The notes beneath the pieces were generated by a model. It made no database searches, was not told where the DNA came from, and saw only the letters and a list, made by a program, of their open reading frames with translations. Position numbers and translations under genes: made by a program. A DNA stretch of 64,000 nt from Neovahlkampfia damariscottae (lineage: Eukaryota). The stretch spans positions 186,001 to 250,000 of the forward strand of contig JABLTG010000002.1 in the NCBI GenBank assembly GCA_016618085.1, given 5' to 3'. Shown here piece by piece: positions 1 through 12,099 of this stretch (its first letter is position 1; every line of letters starts with the position of its first letter).

Positions 1-2
1 CA

Positions 3-713
3 ACATTTTTTGTAAACTCAGAAGCAAAACCAAAACCACCACCAAGAAGAAGTGTTAAAACAGATGAAATACCAAATACATCAGAATCATCAAATATATC
101 TAAAAGAAGTTCAATAACAAAAGAAGAAATACTTGCTGTTCAATCAAAAGACTCAATGATGAATTTACTTGAAAAAAATAAAAATGAAAATGTTGAAAAT
201 CAAAATGAAATATCAAAGTATAGTATTGATGTAGAAAATAAAAAATTAGATGAATTTGAAAAATATTTATTAAAGAGAAAAGAAGAATTAGATGAATTTG
301 AAAAAGAGTTAAATGAAAGAGAAAAACAATTAAAAAAAAAAGAAGAAAGTTTAAAAAAAAAAGAAGAAAAATTAAAAAAAGAAATTGAATCAAAATCAAC
401 TTCAAAATTACAACCAAAGAATTATGCTTCAAAATCAAGTTCACATTCACCACCTCCTATTATTAAAGTACCTGAAGTTAGAGGTGCAAGTAAATCATTT
501 GATAAAACAGAAACATCAAATAATGAAAAAGAATTTGAAAAACCAAGATCACTTTCAATACAAGAAAGAATGAAATTGTATAAACAAAATTCAGCTGAAA
601 AAAAAGAAATTGATGTTGATTCAAGAAAATCTGTAATGATGTTGAAAACTAATTCAATTGTAAAAGAAAGTTCAAAAACTTGGAAGAAAAATGAAAGTAA
701 AACTCTTAAATAA
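3..713 (+). CDS. 3' part of a coiled-coil, low-complexity protein (5' end outside window)
   Basis: Frame is open from the window edge to TAA at 711-713; K/E-rich heptad stretch; no recognisable domain. Confidence 0.6.
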   Translation, partial: TFFVNSEAKPKPPPRRSVKTDEIPNTSESSNISKRSSITKEEILAVQSKDSMMNLLEKNKNENVENQNEISKYSIDVENKKLDEFEKYLLKRKEELDEFEKELNEREKQLKKKEESLKKKEEKLKKEIESKSTSKLQPKNYASKSSSHSPPPIIKVPEVRGASKSFDKTETSNNEKEFEKPRSLSIQERMKLYKQNSAEKKEIDVDSRKSVMMLKTNSIVKESSKTWKKNESKTLK

Positions 714-778
714 ATTTCATTCGTTCATTTTTTAATTCATTTTTATTGGTCGAAGGAAATAAAGTTTAAAAATAAAAC

Positions 779-1636
779 ATGTTTAGAAATCAATACGATA
801 CTGACGTTACAACTTGGAGTCCAGGTAAATTGAATTTTATTTAATAATATAAATCAAAGCTGGAAGATTACATCAAGTTGAATATGCAATTGAAGCAGTA
901 AAACAAGGAAGTGCTGCTGTTGGTTGTAAGTCTGATACTCATGTGGTTTTAGCATCTCTTAAAAGATCACCACATTCAGAATTATCATCATATCAACAAA
1001 AGTTATATAAAATTGATAACCATATGGGAATTGCAATTGCAGGTCTTGCTGCAGACGGAAGAGTTTTAGCAAAATATTTGAGAACAGCATGTCTTAATCA
1101 TCTTTATATTTATGAACAACCAATTCAAGTTGGAAGACTTGTTCTTAAACTTTCTGACAGTGAAAAAAAAAAAAAAAAAAATTAATTTTTACAAGAATCA
1201 CAAGTATCAACACAAAGATCAAGCAAAAGACCATTTGGTGTTGGATTATTAGTTTCAGGATATGATGTACATTTTTTATTCTTTTTTATTTTTTCAACAG
1301 AAAACTGGTACACATTTATATCAAACTGAACCATCTGGAAATTATTATTCATATAAAGCAATTGCAATTGGAGCACGTTCACAAAGTGCTAAAACATATT
1401 TAGAAAAGAATTATGAAAGTTTTCCAAATTGTAGTAAAAAAGACTTAATCAAACATGCACTTTTAGCACTTCAAGGGACAACTGGAGATAATGTTGAATT
1501 AAATGCTAAAAATACATCACTTTCTGTTGTTTCAAAAGATGGATATGAAACATATGATGATGAAAAAGTAGAAGAATGGTTGGAACTTTTAAAAGGAGAA
1601 GAAGAAGATAAAATGGAAGAAACAATTGAAGAATAA
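779..1636 (+). CDS. PSMA1: 20S proteasome subunit alpha type-1 (alpha6); 3 short introns
   Basis: Spliced N-terminus [47 protein letters not shown]. Confidence 0.95.
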
Positions 1637-1638
1637 AT

Positions 1639-4600
1639 TTATTTTTTTAAAATTAACTTTATATATTTTGAATAACAATCATGATTCTCTTGTAATTGTA
1701 AAAATTCAAATCTATATTCTGCTTTTAATTGTTTTGTTAAATTTTCAAATTTTTCAAATAAATCATTCAACAATGACAATGATGATATTTTAACAAATTC
1801 AGAATAATTAAATCTACAAAGATTCATTAATATTTCAAATATCTCTTCTCTTAATATTGTATTATTTGAAATTAATTCTTCATTTTCATTTAATATTTTT
1901 TTTAATGTTGAAATTGTTATCAATCCAACATTATGACTCAATTGTTTTTGGAATTTCATTTTATTTTTTACACGATCTTCAAATGTCTTTTCTTTTACTG
2001 TACCAAAACTCTTTCTTTTCATCATTATTGAAGAAAATGATTTTGAAAAGAATTTTTTTGATGATTTTACATTTTGATTCAAGTTAACATTTTCAAAAAT
2101 AATTAACATTATTCTTTTACTCAAATCATAATTTTCATAATCCCCAATTAAATTCATTGGATTATTTGTTCTACTTTCACCATTACTAATACCCATATCC
2201 ATATCCATACCCACATTCAATCCATCATTATTCATTGATTCTTCTTGTTCATTAAATATTTCATTCAAATATTCATCAACAATTTCATTCATTTTTATTA
2301 TTTTTTCTTTTCCTTCATATTCTAAAAATTCAATTGATATTTTTAAACAAAATAAAATTTGTGTTAAAAATGATTTTTCTTTCTTTTTTGAAAAATCAAT
2401 AAAATTTAAACTTTCAAAAAAACAACTAAAAATAAATTCTTTTTCATTTCTTGCAATTATACTTTCTCTTAAATGTACATTTTTTAAAGAATATAATGAA
2501 TCTCTCTTCTCTTTTAATAAAAAATTTAATTCTTCAAAAAAATCATTATTTTCAACTAATCTTAAATTTGAATCAATATTTTGATTTGTTCTATCATTTG
2601 TATATTTTTCAATATCATTTTCAATTTCTTTTTCTAAATTTTCAATTATTTTTTTTAAATTTTCAACTTTTTCTTCAACTATTTCTGTCCATTCAAATAA
2701 TACTTTAAATAATGTTTCTAAAAATTGTTGATGAATCATTATTTGTATTCCTTTAAATTTATTCTTTGAAATTGTTAAAAATAATTTTCTAATTAAAATA
2801 ATAGTTTGATATCTATATAATACATTATTGGATGTAAATCCAAATGAAATAAATTTTTGAAAATGTTGTGATATATTTGAACTTAGAAAATCAGGATTCT
2901 TTAATAATTCTAAAAAGAAAGATAATTCTAATACAAATATTGGTGATATAATACTATTTTCATTTCCTTCTTCTTTTATAAATAAAATTTCTTCTTTTAA
3001 TTTTGAAAATTGATTTAAAAATTTTAAAATGATTTGATTGGTGAATTCCCTATTTTATTAATCTTATAATTGATATTTACTTTTCAAAAATGATTGATAA
3101 TATTCTCAAGAAATAAGATATTTCAAAAATTAAAATTTGAATTGATTTAAAATCTGATTGAATGAATGTTATAATTTGTTCCATTAAATTTTCAATTATT
3201 TTTTCTAAATTTAATTTTAATTCAACAATAACATCATTTTTAAATATTTCTGTTTTTAATTTTAAAATTCCAATTGATTTTAAAATGATTGAAAAAATGA
3301 ACCAATAAATTTCAAAATATATTTCTTTTGGTTTATTTGAATCATTTAAATAAATAATTAAATAAGGTAATATTGAATTAATCTCTGAGAATTTGAAGAT
3401 ATATTTTGTATAATATGAAACTAATTGTCGATGATTTAAATTATCATTCTTTTGAAATGATTGAACTAATGTCATTAAACAATAAAATGATTTCAATTTG
3501 ATTTCTTCATTTTCATTGGTTATTATTAATTCCATTAAAAAATCGATTACGATTGGAAATTTTGAACCAATAGAAGAAAATGGTAATTTTTTTAAAATTT
3601 CTAAAATAGTATCATTTGAACAATTCAATTTTGATGATAATTTTACATCATTTTCAATTGTTGAATGATTTAAAATATCAAAAAAATTTGATAAATTTTC
3701 GTCTTGTTCAAAATTATTGGATAATACTTTAATTTCAAATGAGAAATTCTTTTTTTCATTTCCACTTAATTTTTTTAAAGAATTATGTTTTTGTGAATCA
3801 TCAACATTAAAAATTGTAATTTCTTTTTCTTTGATAATATGTTTTCCATCAAATATCTAAAAATAGATTAAAAGAATAAAGATCATACTTTTGAAGTACC
3901 CATTGCGAATAGAGATCTTTTTGAAGATTCTTTTGGATTTAATTTCTCTGCTATTGAAGTAACTTTAAAAAATCTAAAAATCAAATGATGTTTTTGACTT
4001 AAATTTGAAGGTATAATTGCTTTAAATTCATCATTAAAATTCATATTTTTTGAAGAAGATAAAACTTCAGATGTTAATTTATTTACTAAATTTCCAGCAA
4101 TTGGATCATAAAATATTGATTCTTCATTTGAAATTGATATTTCTAATTGAATATATTTATTTGAATAAGGACAAATAAAATGTTTTGGATAAATAAAAAA
4201 ACAATTCTTTAAATTTAAAGTTGATTCAATATTCTTTTGATTAAACCATTCCATTTCTCTTGAATATAATGGTCTTTGTGAATCAACAATAACTAATGAA
4301 AATAAATAATTTCTTGGATTCAAATATTTTTTTTCAAATGTCATAATTTGTAATTTACATGGTATTATTGATTTTTCAATTTTATTTTTCAAATTTTCAT
4401 TTAAAAGATATTGTTCAATTAATAATTCATCTGTTTGATTCTTTTTAATTAAATTTAATTGAGTTATAAATGTTGATTTCATTAATAATAATAAATCTAA
4501 TCGAATTAATGTATAACAAAATGATGTTTTAAAATTATTCATTAATTTATTAAATCCTTCAATTCCAATTTCATTCTTTTCAAATTGTTTCATTTTTGGT

Positions 4601-5692
4601 TGTTTTTTATACATTTCTGTTACAAATTCATTTAATTCTCCTTTATAAGTTCTTGAAAATTTTAATAAAATGAAACATTCTTTTGGTATTGTATCTAATG
4701 TAAATAATGATGACTTTTTTTTTAGTTTATTTTTTCATTATTTTTACCATTTTTTCATTTGAAACAATAAAATTAAATGTTTCTGATAATCTTTTAATTA
4801 TATTATTTTCATCTTTTTCATAAATAGTTGCTGATCCAAATAATTGTTCAGTATATTTATCAAATTCCATTAATTCTGGAAATTCTAAAAAATCAATATA
4901 AAATGAAAAAGTTCTTCTTTCATCATTTTTTAATGTTCCAATGTCCATGGTTTTTAATAGTAAATCAGGTGATTCAATATCCAAGTTTAGAAATTTTTTT
5001 AAATCAACCAATGGAAAGTCATGTTCAAATAATTCAAAAATGGAGTCAACTGTTTTTTGATCTGTTTTTTCTAAAAGACTATTTTTTTTGACTTTGAACA
5101 TTGGTGATCCTCCTCTTGCTGAATTTAGAGTACTTCTTGCTGATGTAGGTGTACCTCTAGCTGAAGTTGGTGTTCCTGTTGATCTTGGTGTTGTTAATCT
5201 TCCATTTATTAATTCATCATCATCATTTTCAAAACTTATATTACCAACTCTTCTGGTTGTTTTTGGTTTTTCAGTTATATCTTCATTGATTGATAAAACT
5301 GTATAATCATCCGCTATAATTTCCATACTTTTCTCTATAGTCTTATTCGTTTTTTTATATATCGTCTTGGATTTTAAGTTATTTTTATTTCTTACTCTAT
5401 TCATGTAATTTCTATAATTTGTGTCATGTCTATCTGGTCGTATAAAAAAACCAGGTGTATTTACGTTTTGTACTTTTTTAATTTCATGATCAAATTTTTG
5501 TATTTTAGTCATGTCAAGTTTCGTGATATTATGAAGGTTTGTCACTTTTATTTCAATTTCTGTTTCTTTTTCTGAATCTGAATCAGAGTCATCACTGAAG
5601 TCTTTATCCTGTATAAGATTTCGAACTTCACTCAAAAGAGATGATTTTAAATACCTAAAGGTCAAAAAAATAATGAACTCTTACTTGGTCAT
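1639..5692 (-). CDS. DOCK-family-like protein with DHR-1/C2 domain and helical region; no DHR-2 seen
   Basis: FNDEFKAIIPSNLSQKHHLIFRFFKV resembles the DOCK C2 signature; ORF pieces join via GT-AG introns; 8-nt first coding exon ATGACCAA at 5692-5685. Confidence 0.6.
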
Positions 5693-5754
5693 ATCAATGA
5701 AAAATTAAACGGTTTGATTTAAATGACCAATCAGATCTTTCATACATATTGTTA
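5693..5754. promoter_or_regulatory. Putative 62-bp bidirectional promoter with a single CCAAT box
   Basis: Divergent ATGs at 5692(-) and 5755(+); GACCAATCAG with CCAAT at 5727-5731. Confidence 0.65.
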
Positions 5755-6762
5755 ATGCAAAAAGTTCTTGAAAGAACTAAGAATTTGATTAATGTTTTAT
5801 ATCCAAACAGAGAGAAGAAATATGTGGATGTTAATATTAATACCACAGAAAATGACTTCATTTTATGTTTGAATTTTGTTGGAAACACATATCACTTGAA
5901 CATTAAGAATTCAATTTCAAATTTAAAACAATTTGAATCAAATGAATATTTACAAAAGTCTTTATTGAATGCAAATAATGATGTTATTGATTTGGTCAAA
6001 TTTTTAATTTTAAAAAACAAAAGTATGAGTGAGTATGAAATTTGTTCACAGGTGACAAAAAATTATTTGGAAAATTCGATTCTATCAAATATTTCAAAGA
6101 AGAAAAGCTTAATTATTTATTTCAGTGGGCATGGAACAAACAAAAATAATGAATTTTATTTTAATTTTGCAAAGAGTTCAAATTCAAATTCAACTGAATT
6201 TTATTCAATCAATAATTTGATTGAAAACACAAAATATTTATCAAAGAATCGTTTATTTATCATTGATTCTTGTTATAGTGGACTTTCTTCAAAATTTGGA
6301 AAGAACCAACAAAATGAAAAGATATTTTTTTTATGTTCTTCAAATAAAGATGAACATTCAGGTGGTTGGATTATGGATGGTAGTGATTCAGGTGGAATTA
6401 TGACAAAATGTTTGATTGATCCAATTGGAACTTTCTTCAAAATTAATTTTAAAATATTTTTTGATTGGGATAATAAATTCAAAAATGATTTGACAAAAAT
6501 TTATCATTTTTATGCCTTAAAAATGATTAAATCATCTAAAAATGGAGATATAAACCTTGAAATACTGAAAAATATTGGGAATCATTGGTTAGTGTTGTAT
6601 TTGAATTTCTTGATTTTAATTAAATATGGGGATGAATTACTTAATAAACAAACCCCTATTTCATATCCTGATTTAAGTGAAACTAAAAATTCCAAATATT
6701 GGATTCAATTTGAAGAAGAATTGGAAAGTGAATTAATGTTGAAAATCCAATCAAAGGCATAA
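5755..6762 (+). CDS. Stand-alone Raptor N-terminal-like / caspase-fold (C14-like) protein
   Basis: ILCLNFVG, IYFSGHG, FIIDSCYSG, TKCLIDPI, LNFL and TPISYPDL..W parallel Raptor RNC blocks; intronless. Confidence 0.7.
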   Translation: MQKVLERTKNLINVLYPNREKKYVDVNINTTENDFILCLNFVGNTYHLNIKNSISNLKQFESNEYLQKSLLNANNDVIDLVKFLILKNKSMSEYEICSQVTKNYLENSILSNISKKKSLIIYFSGHGTNKNNEFYFNFAKSSNSNSTEFYSINNLIENTKYLSKNRLFIIDSCYSGLSSKFGKNQQNEKIFFLCSSNKDEHSGGWIMDGSDSGGIMTKCLIDPIGTFFKINFKIFFDWDNKFKNDLTKIYHFYALKMIKSSKNGDINLEILKNIGNHWLVLYLNFLILIKYGDELLNKQTPISYPDLSETKNSKYWIQFEEELESELMLKIQSKA

Positions 6763-6876
6763 ACAAATTATTTGATACATAGTTTGAGATTTTTAAAGGA
6801 TTTACATATTGATGAAAAAAATTTGAATAAATTGAATTTTATTTTTTGAATTCTCCTATTGGTCAAATTTGAAGAA

Positions 6877-7860
6877 ATGGAACTTTTGTGTGTGAGTGAC
6901 ATTCACTTGAAAATTTCAAACATTGAAACAGTTTCAAAATGGATAAAAGAAGAGAACAAAAAACCGGATATCATTTTATGTTCAGGTGATATTTCAAATT
7001 TAAAAGGCAAAGATTATGAAAATGAAGAATTAAAAAAGAAATCAATTGGTGAGATATTTGGAAAAGTACTGACTAATTAGATGATGTTTATAATATTTTA
7101 GTGGAACTTGAAAAAATATGTCCATGTTGTTATTTTATTCCTGGAAATGTAAATTTTAAAAAATTCATAATTTTTATTTCTCAGCATGATGCTATTGATT
7201 TTTTTGATGAATCTTTCAAATTTAACAAATCATTAAATAGTATTAATGTTCACTCAAAAATTGGTTTGAAAAAAAATTCAAAATTAATCCAAAAAAATAG
7301 TAAAATTGAAAGATAATCTTTGGTTGGGTGGTTTTGGAGGTGCAACACCAGGATATTGGAAAGAATCAAAAGAAAAAGCATGGGAAGGTAATTGTATTTC
7401 ACATCATTTAAATTAAAAAGGATATCCATACAATAATGAAGAAGAATATTCAAAATCATTTAAAAAATTTGAAATTAAATCAATACTCCAAAAAGAGAAT
7501 TCAATCATATTAATGAGTCATCTTGGTCCTTCATCATCACAAACAACAATTTATCAAAAAGATATGACATTTCCAAAAATTAATTCAGGCTCAAATTTTT
7601 TGAATGATTTTCTTTCATCTGATGAATCAGTAAGTTGAAGTGGTTTTTTTTTTTGAAATTTTTTTTTTTGAAAGCAAAATTCAATATTTTTGAATGTACA
7701 TGGTCATACACATCCTGGTTATGGTAGAACTACATTGGGAAATGTTCAAACCATCAATCCAGGTAGTTTAAAAGAATCAAAATTTGGTTATTTAAAAATT
7801 GAAAAAAAAAAGAATGGAAAGTGGTTTTTATCAAATTCACAACAAATTGAATTTGAATAA
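6877..7860 (+). CDS. Calcineurin-like metallophosphoesterase; 5 introns
   Basis: SDIH, SGD, PGN|HD, MSH, HGHTH and NPGS motifs after splicing. Confidence 0.85.
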
Positions 7861-7867
7861 ACATTAT

Positions 7868-8551
7868 TTAATCCAAATTTTTGCTTGCCCAAATCATTCT
7901 ATCAATTGATGTATAAAATACTAAAATTGTGAAAATTGACAATAAAATGAAACAATAATTTGGAAATAATAATAAAATATTGTAAAATATTACTGTTTCT
8001 GTTCCTTCAATTAAACCTGTTGGCATAATAATTGTTGTTAATTTTTTATCATTTGTTTGTTTTTCTGTTAAAATTACAGAAATAGTTAACCAACCAACTG
8101 CATTAATACAATAAGAAGATTCACAAAATGCTAATGCAATAAAAGATTTGTAAGATGGATCATAATTCATCACCACTGCAATAGGTACAATACCATACAC
8201 CTATTATTATTGATATTAGAAGCAAATTCTATTTTTACAATAAAATCTATGTACAAATCGAGTACTCCTCCATATTTTGTTTGTTTTTTATGTATTCTTG
8301 CTACTACTCCGTCTAATCCATCGAATATTCTATTCAAATTCCACATAACTATGCCTTTTTTGATGAAAAATTGAATGAAAAATGAAAAAAATCTAACTTG
8401 TAATATAATAACCATAGCAAGCAGACCAAGCGCAAAGTATACCAAAAAATAAAGAAATAAGAGTGATGTGATTTGGATCAACACCTGTCAAATATACAGC
8501 AACAAAGGAAAATACTTTGTCTTTCACTTCTCTTAGTACCAAATCGAACAT
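7868..8551 (-). CDS. CDP-alcohol phosphatidyltransferase family protein (YnjF-like); 2 introns
   Basis: DPNHITL; DGLDGVVAR..YGGVLDLYIDF motif; GLIEGTETVIF; multiple TM segments. Confidence 0.85.
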
Positions 8552-8668
8552 TCTTTCCTAGAATAATGAATTTTATTAAAAAATACCACTATTTAATCAC
8601 CTTCTTCAATCAATTATTCGTATCTAATTTTATCCAATCATCACACATTAATCTTTTAACATCAGAAA

Positions 8669-9921
8669 ATGGACACAACAAACATGTCAAAGGAAGAAGT
8701 TTTACAAGAATTACTCAGACAAAGTAATATGAGTGAACCCGAAAAATTAAAAACATTGGAGGAAAATGCAGAAAAGATTTACACAGAGGTATGAACCATT
8801 AAATTTCTCTTAATGATTTCAGTTTTTTCAATCAATCATTGGCAATTTACAAGCATATCATACAGATACCAAAAAATTCTTCAAATCAATGGCTGAGCCT
8901 GGTGTTATGGTTTTATTCAAACAATCCTGGATTATCCCAAATTACAAGTAAAAAGAAAAAGAAAAAACTAATACAAAACAAGAAAATTCATTGACAATCT
9001 TTTAAAAGAGTACAAGGATTTATCATCTCGAGTTTCATTAATGTCTCACATTTACAATTTTTCAACTTTAGTTTTAGAAGTTGGACCAATTGATCTCGAC
9101 AGAAGACAAGAGTAAACAAAAAAACACACAAATTAAAAATATAAAGATTTGCAATTTGTGGATTAGAAGAATTATCAACAAATAAATTATCACCTTTCAA
9201 TAAAACAGAAAAGAATTATTTATTAGTTTATGCTAAAATTAAAGGTACATTAACAAGTATTTATATGGGAAGAAACACAATAGATAATTTAAAAAAAGCA
9301 TTAGAATGTGCAAATGAATCACTTTCAATTTTAACACCTGAAACACATTTTCCAGTTTGGTCAGTTGTTCAAAGTCATAAAGCAGTTGTTCAAAAGAAAT
9401 TAAAATTATTTGAAGAATCATTGAAGACATATGATGAATTATTAAAATATCGTTCAAAAGAAAAATATCCAGAAGAATGGGCATTAACACAAACCAATAT
9501 GGGAAATGTATTAAGTGATGAAGAATTTAAATCAAAAGATTTTAAAAGAGCAATTCAATGTTATAAAAATGCATTAAGTATATTTGATCAAGAGACTGAT
9601 ATCATAAAATATTCAATCACAAAAATGAGTTTGGGATATGCTCTTTTGTTATCTGATGAAAATAATAAAGAAATATTATTGGAGAGTTTGAAATGTTTAA
9701 ATGATTCAATTAAAGTTATTGATAAAAATTTAAGAAAACAAGAATGGGCTTTAATTCATTTTCATAAATCAAGATGTTTATTTCAATTATTTAAAATCAA
9801 AAATGATGTTAAATATTTGAATGAATCAAAAGAATCAATTCAAACTTCGACTGAAATTATTAAAAATGAAAAAATTTTGAGTTTTCAATCAAAAGTACTG
9901 AATGAAATAAATAAACTTTGA
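8669..9921 (+). CDS. TPR-like helical repeat protein; 3 introns
   Basis: Repeats such as YPEEWALTQTNMGNVL..AIQCYKNALSIF and QEWALIHFHKSRCL; upstream exons splice in frame. Confidence 0.7.
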
Positions 9922-9973
9922 GTTTTCAATCAATTATTTTTTTTGAAAACATGGATTTAATTGGTCAATAAAA

Positions 9974-12050
9974 ATGCAAAAAATTTTAAGTGGAGCATTG
10001 AAGAAGAAAGGAATAAAAAATTTCTATTCAACAAATAAAATATATAGAGATCACAGGATAAACATTTTTGAAGAAATTAAAAACAAAAAGGAGAAAAAAA
10101 AAGAAGAAAAACAAATTTTTATTACCTTGCCAAATGGAAAAATAGTTGAAGGAATAAGTGATAAGACAAAACCAATTGATATAATACCACAAAATCTATT
10201 GAATTCCATCATTATTTGTAAAAACAAAGAAACAAATTCTTTAATCGAATTATTTTCAACTTTCAAAGATTCATGTTCTTTAGAATACATTGATTTTGAA
10301 AATGATATTGGAAAGAAGATATTTTGGCATTCATCAGCTCATGTATTAGGAAATGCTATTGAACTATATTACGAGAATTCATTTTTAGATGATGGTCCTG
10401 CACTTAAAAATGGTTTTTTTTATGATTTTGAATCAAACTTAAAACCAAGTTTAAATGATTTTGAAAATATGAATGAATTATTAAACTTTAATGAAAAATT
10501 TGAAAAATATGAAATTTCAAAAGAAGAAGCAGAAAAAATGTTTAAATATAATCATTTTAAACTTCAAATAATTGAAAATATATCAAAAAAGAATGAAAAT
10601 ATATCAATTTATAAAACTGGTGAATTTATTGATTTATGTTCAGGACCACATATATATAATACAAAAATGATTAAATCATTTAATTTTTTGAATTGTAATT
10701 CAATTAATGAAAATGGTAATATTTTTTATTTTTTTTTAAATTTTTCCTAAAAACTAAGTTAGTAGAATTTATGGAATTTCATTTCCAAATAAAAAATTAT
10801 TCAAAAAATGGGAAGAAAAGAATGAAGAAATAAAAAAAAGAGATCATAGAAATATTGGAAAACAACAAGAATTATTTTTATTTTTTCCAGAATCACCTGG
10901 AAATCCATTTTTTTTACCAAATGGAACTAAAATATTCAATAGACTTTTGAATTTATTAAGAAAAGAATATAAAAAAAGGAATTATAAAGAAGTTATTACA
11001 CCACAATTATTTAATAAATCACTTTGGGAAATATCAGGTCATTGGGAGAATTATAAAGAAGATATGCATTTATTAAATGATAATACAACTGGTTTAAAAC
11101 CAATGAATTGTCCTGCTCATTGTTTATTATTTAATTCAAAATTAAGATCTTATAAAGAATTACCTTTGAAATATGCTGATTTTTCACCATTACATAGAAA
11201 TGAAAATACAGGTTCATTAACAGGTTTAACAAGAGTTAGAAGATTTCATCAAGATGATTCACATATTTTTTGTTCATTTGATCAAATTGAAAAAGAAATT
11301 GAGGATTGTATTCTATTTTTACAATATATTTACAATCTTGTTGGTTTTCAATTGAACTTCTTTATTTCAACTAGACCTGATAAATTTATTGGTACAATTG
11401 AAAAATGGGATCAAGCTGAATCATCATTAAAAGATGCTTTATCAAAAATGAATTGTACTTTTGAAATTAAAGAAGGTGATGGTTCTTTTTATGGTCCAAA
11501 AATTGATGTTGAAATTGAAGATTTATTGGAAAGAACTCATCAATGTGCAACTATTCAATTAGATTTTCAAGTAACCTTTCAATTTCATTGAATTTCCTTT
11601 TTTTAGTTACCACAAAGATTTAACTTGAAATATCAATCAAAAGAAGGAAATTTAGAAACTCCTGTAATTATTCATAGAGCATTATTAGGTAGTTTAGAAA
11701 GATTTATTGCATTAATGTGTGAGAATACTGCAGGAAAATGGCCATTTTGGATTAGTCCAAGACATGCTATCATCATTCCAGTTTCGAATCTATTTCTGGA
11801 TTATTCAGAAGAAATTCAAAGAGAATTATCAATTTCAGGTGATTATTTTATTGATGTTGATACTTCTGATCACACTTTAAACAAAAAAATCAGAGAAGCA
11901 CAACTTTTACAATATAATTTCATTATTATTGTCGGAGAGAAGGAAAAAGAGAATAAAACAATAAATGTAAGAACAAGAGAAGGTGTTATTAAAGGTGAAA
12001 TGACTGTAAACCAACTTGAAGATGAATTCTGTGAATTATATAATGTTTAA
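9974..12050 (+). CDS. TARS2: Threonyl-tRNA synthetase, probably mitochondrial; 2 introns
   Basis: FWHSSAHVLG, DLCSGPH, RDHR, LKPMNCPAHC, RVRRFHQDDSH, HQCATIQLDFQ; basic presequence-like N-terminus. Confidence 0.9.
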
Positions 12051-12099
12051 AATTAAATTTTATTTTTGTCCAATCATTTTGTTTTAGAACTTCCAATCT

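Noticed and set aside
100..453. Hydrophobic antisense ORFs (also 1857-2087, 16804-17271, 33919-34341, 62361-62639)
   Set aside because: They are shadows of K/E/N-rich sense genes in AT-rich DNA and carry no motifs
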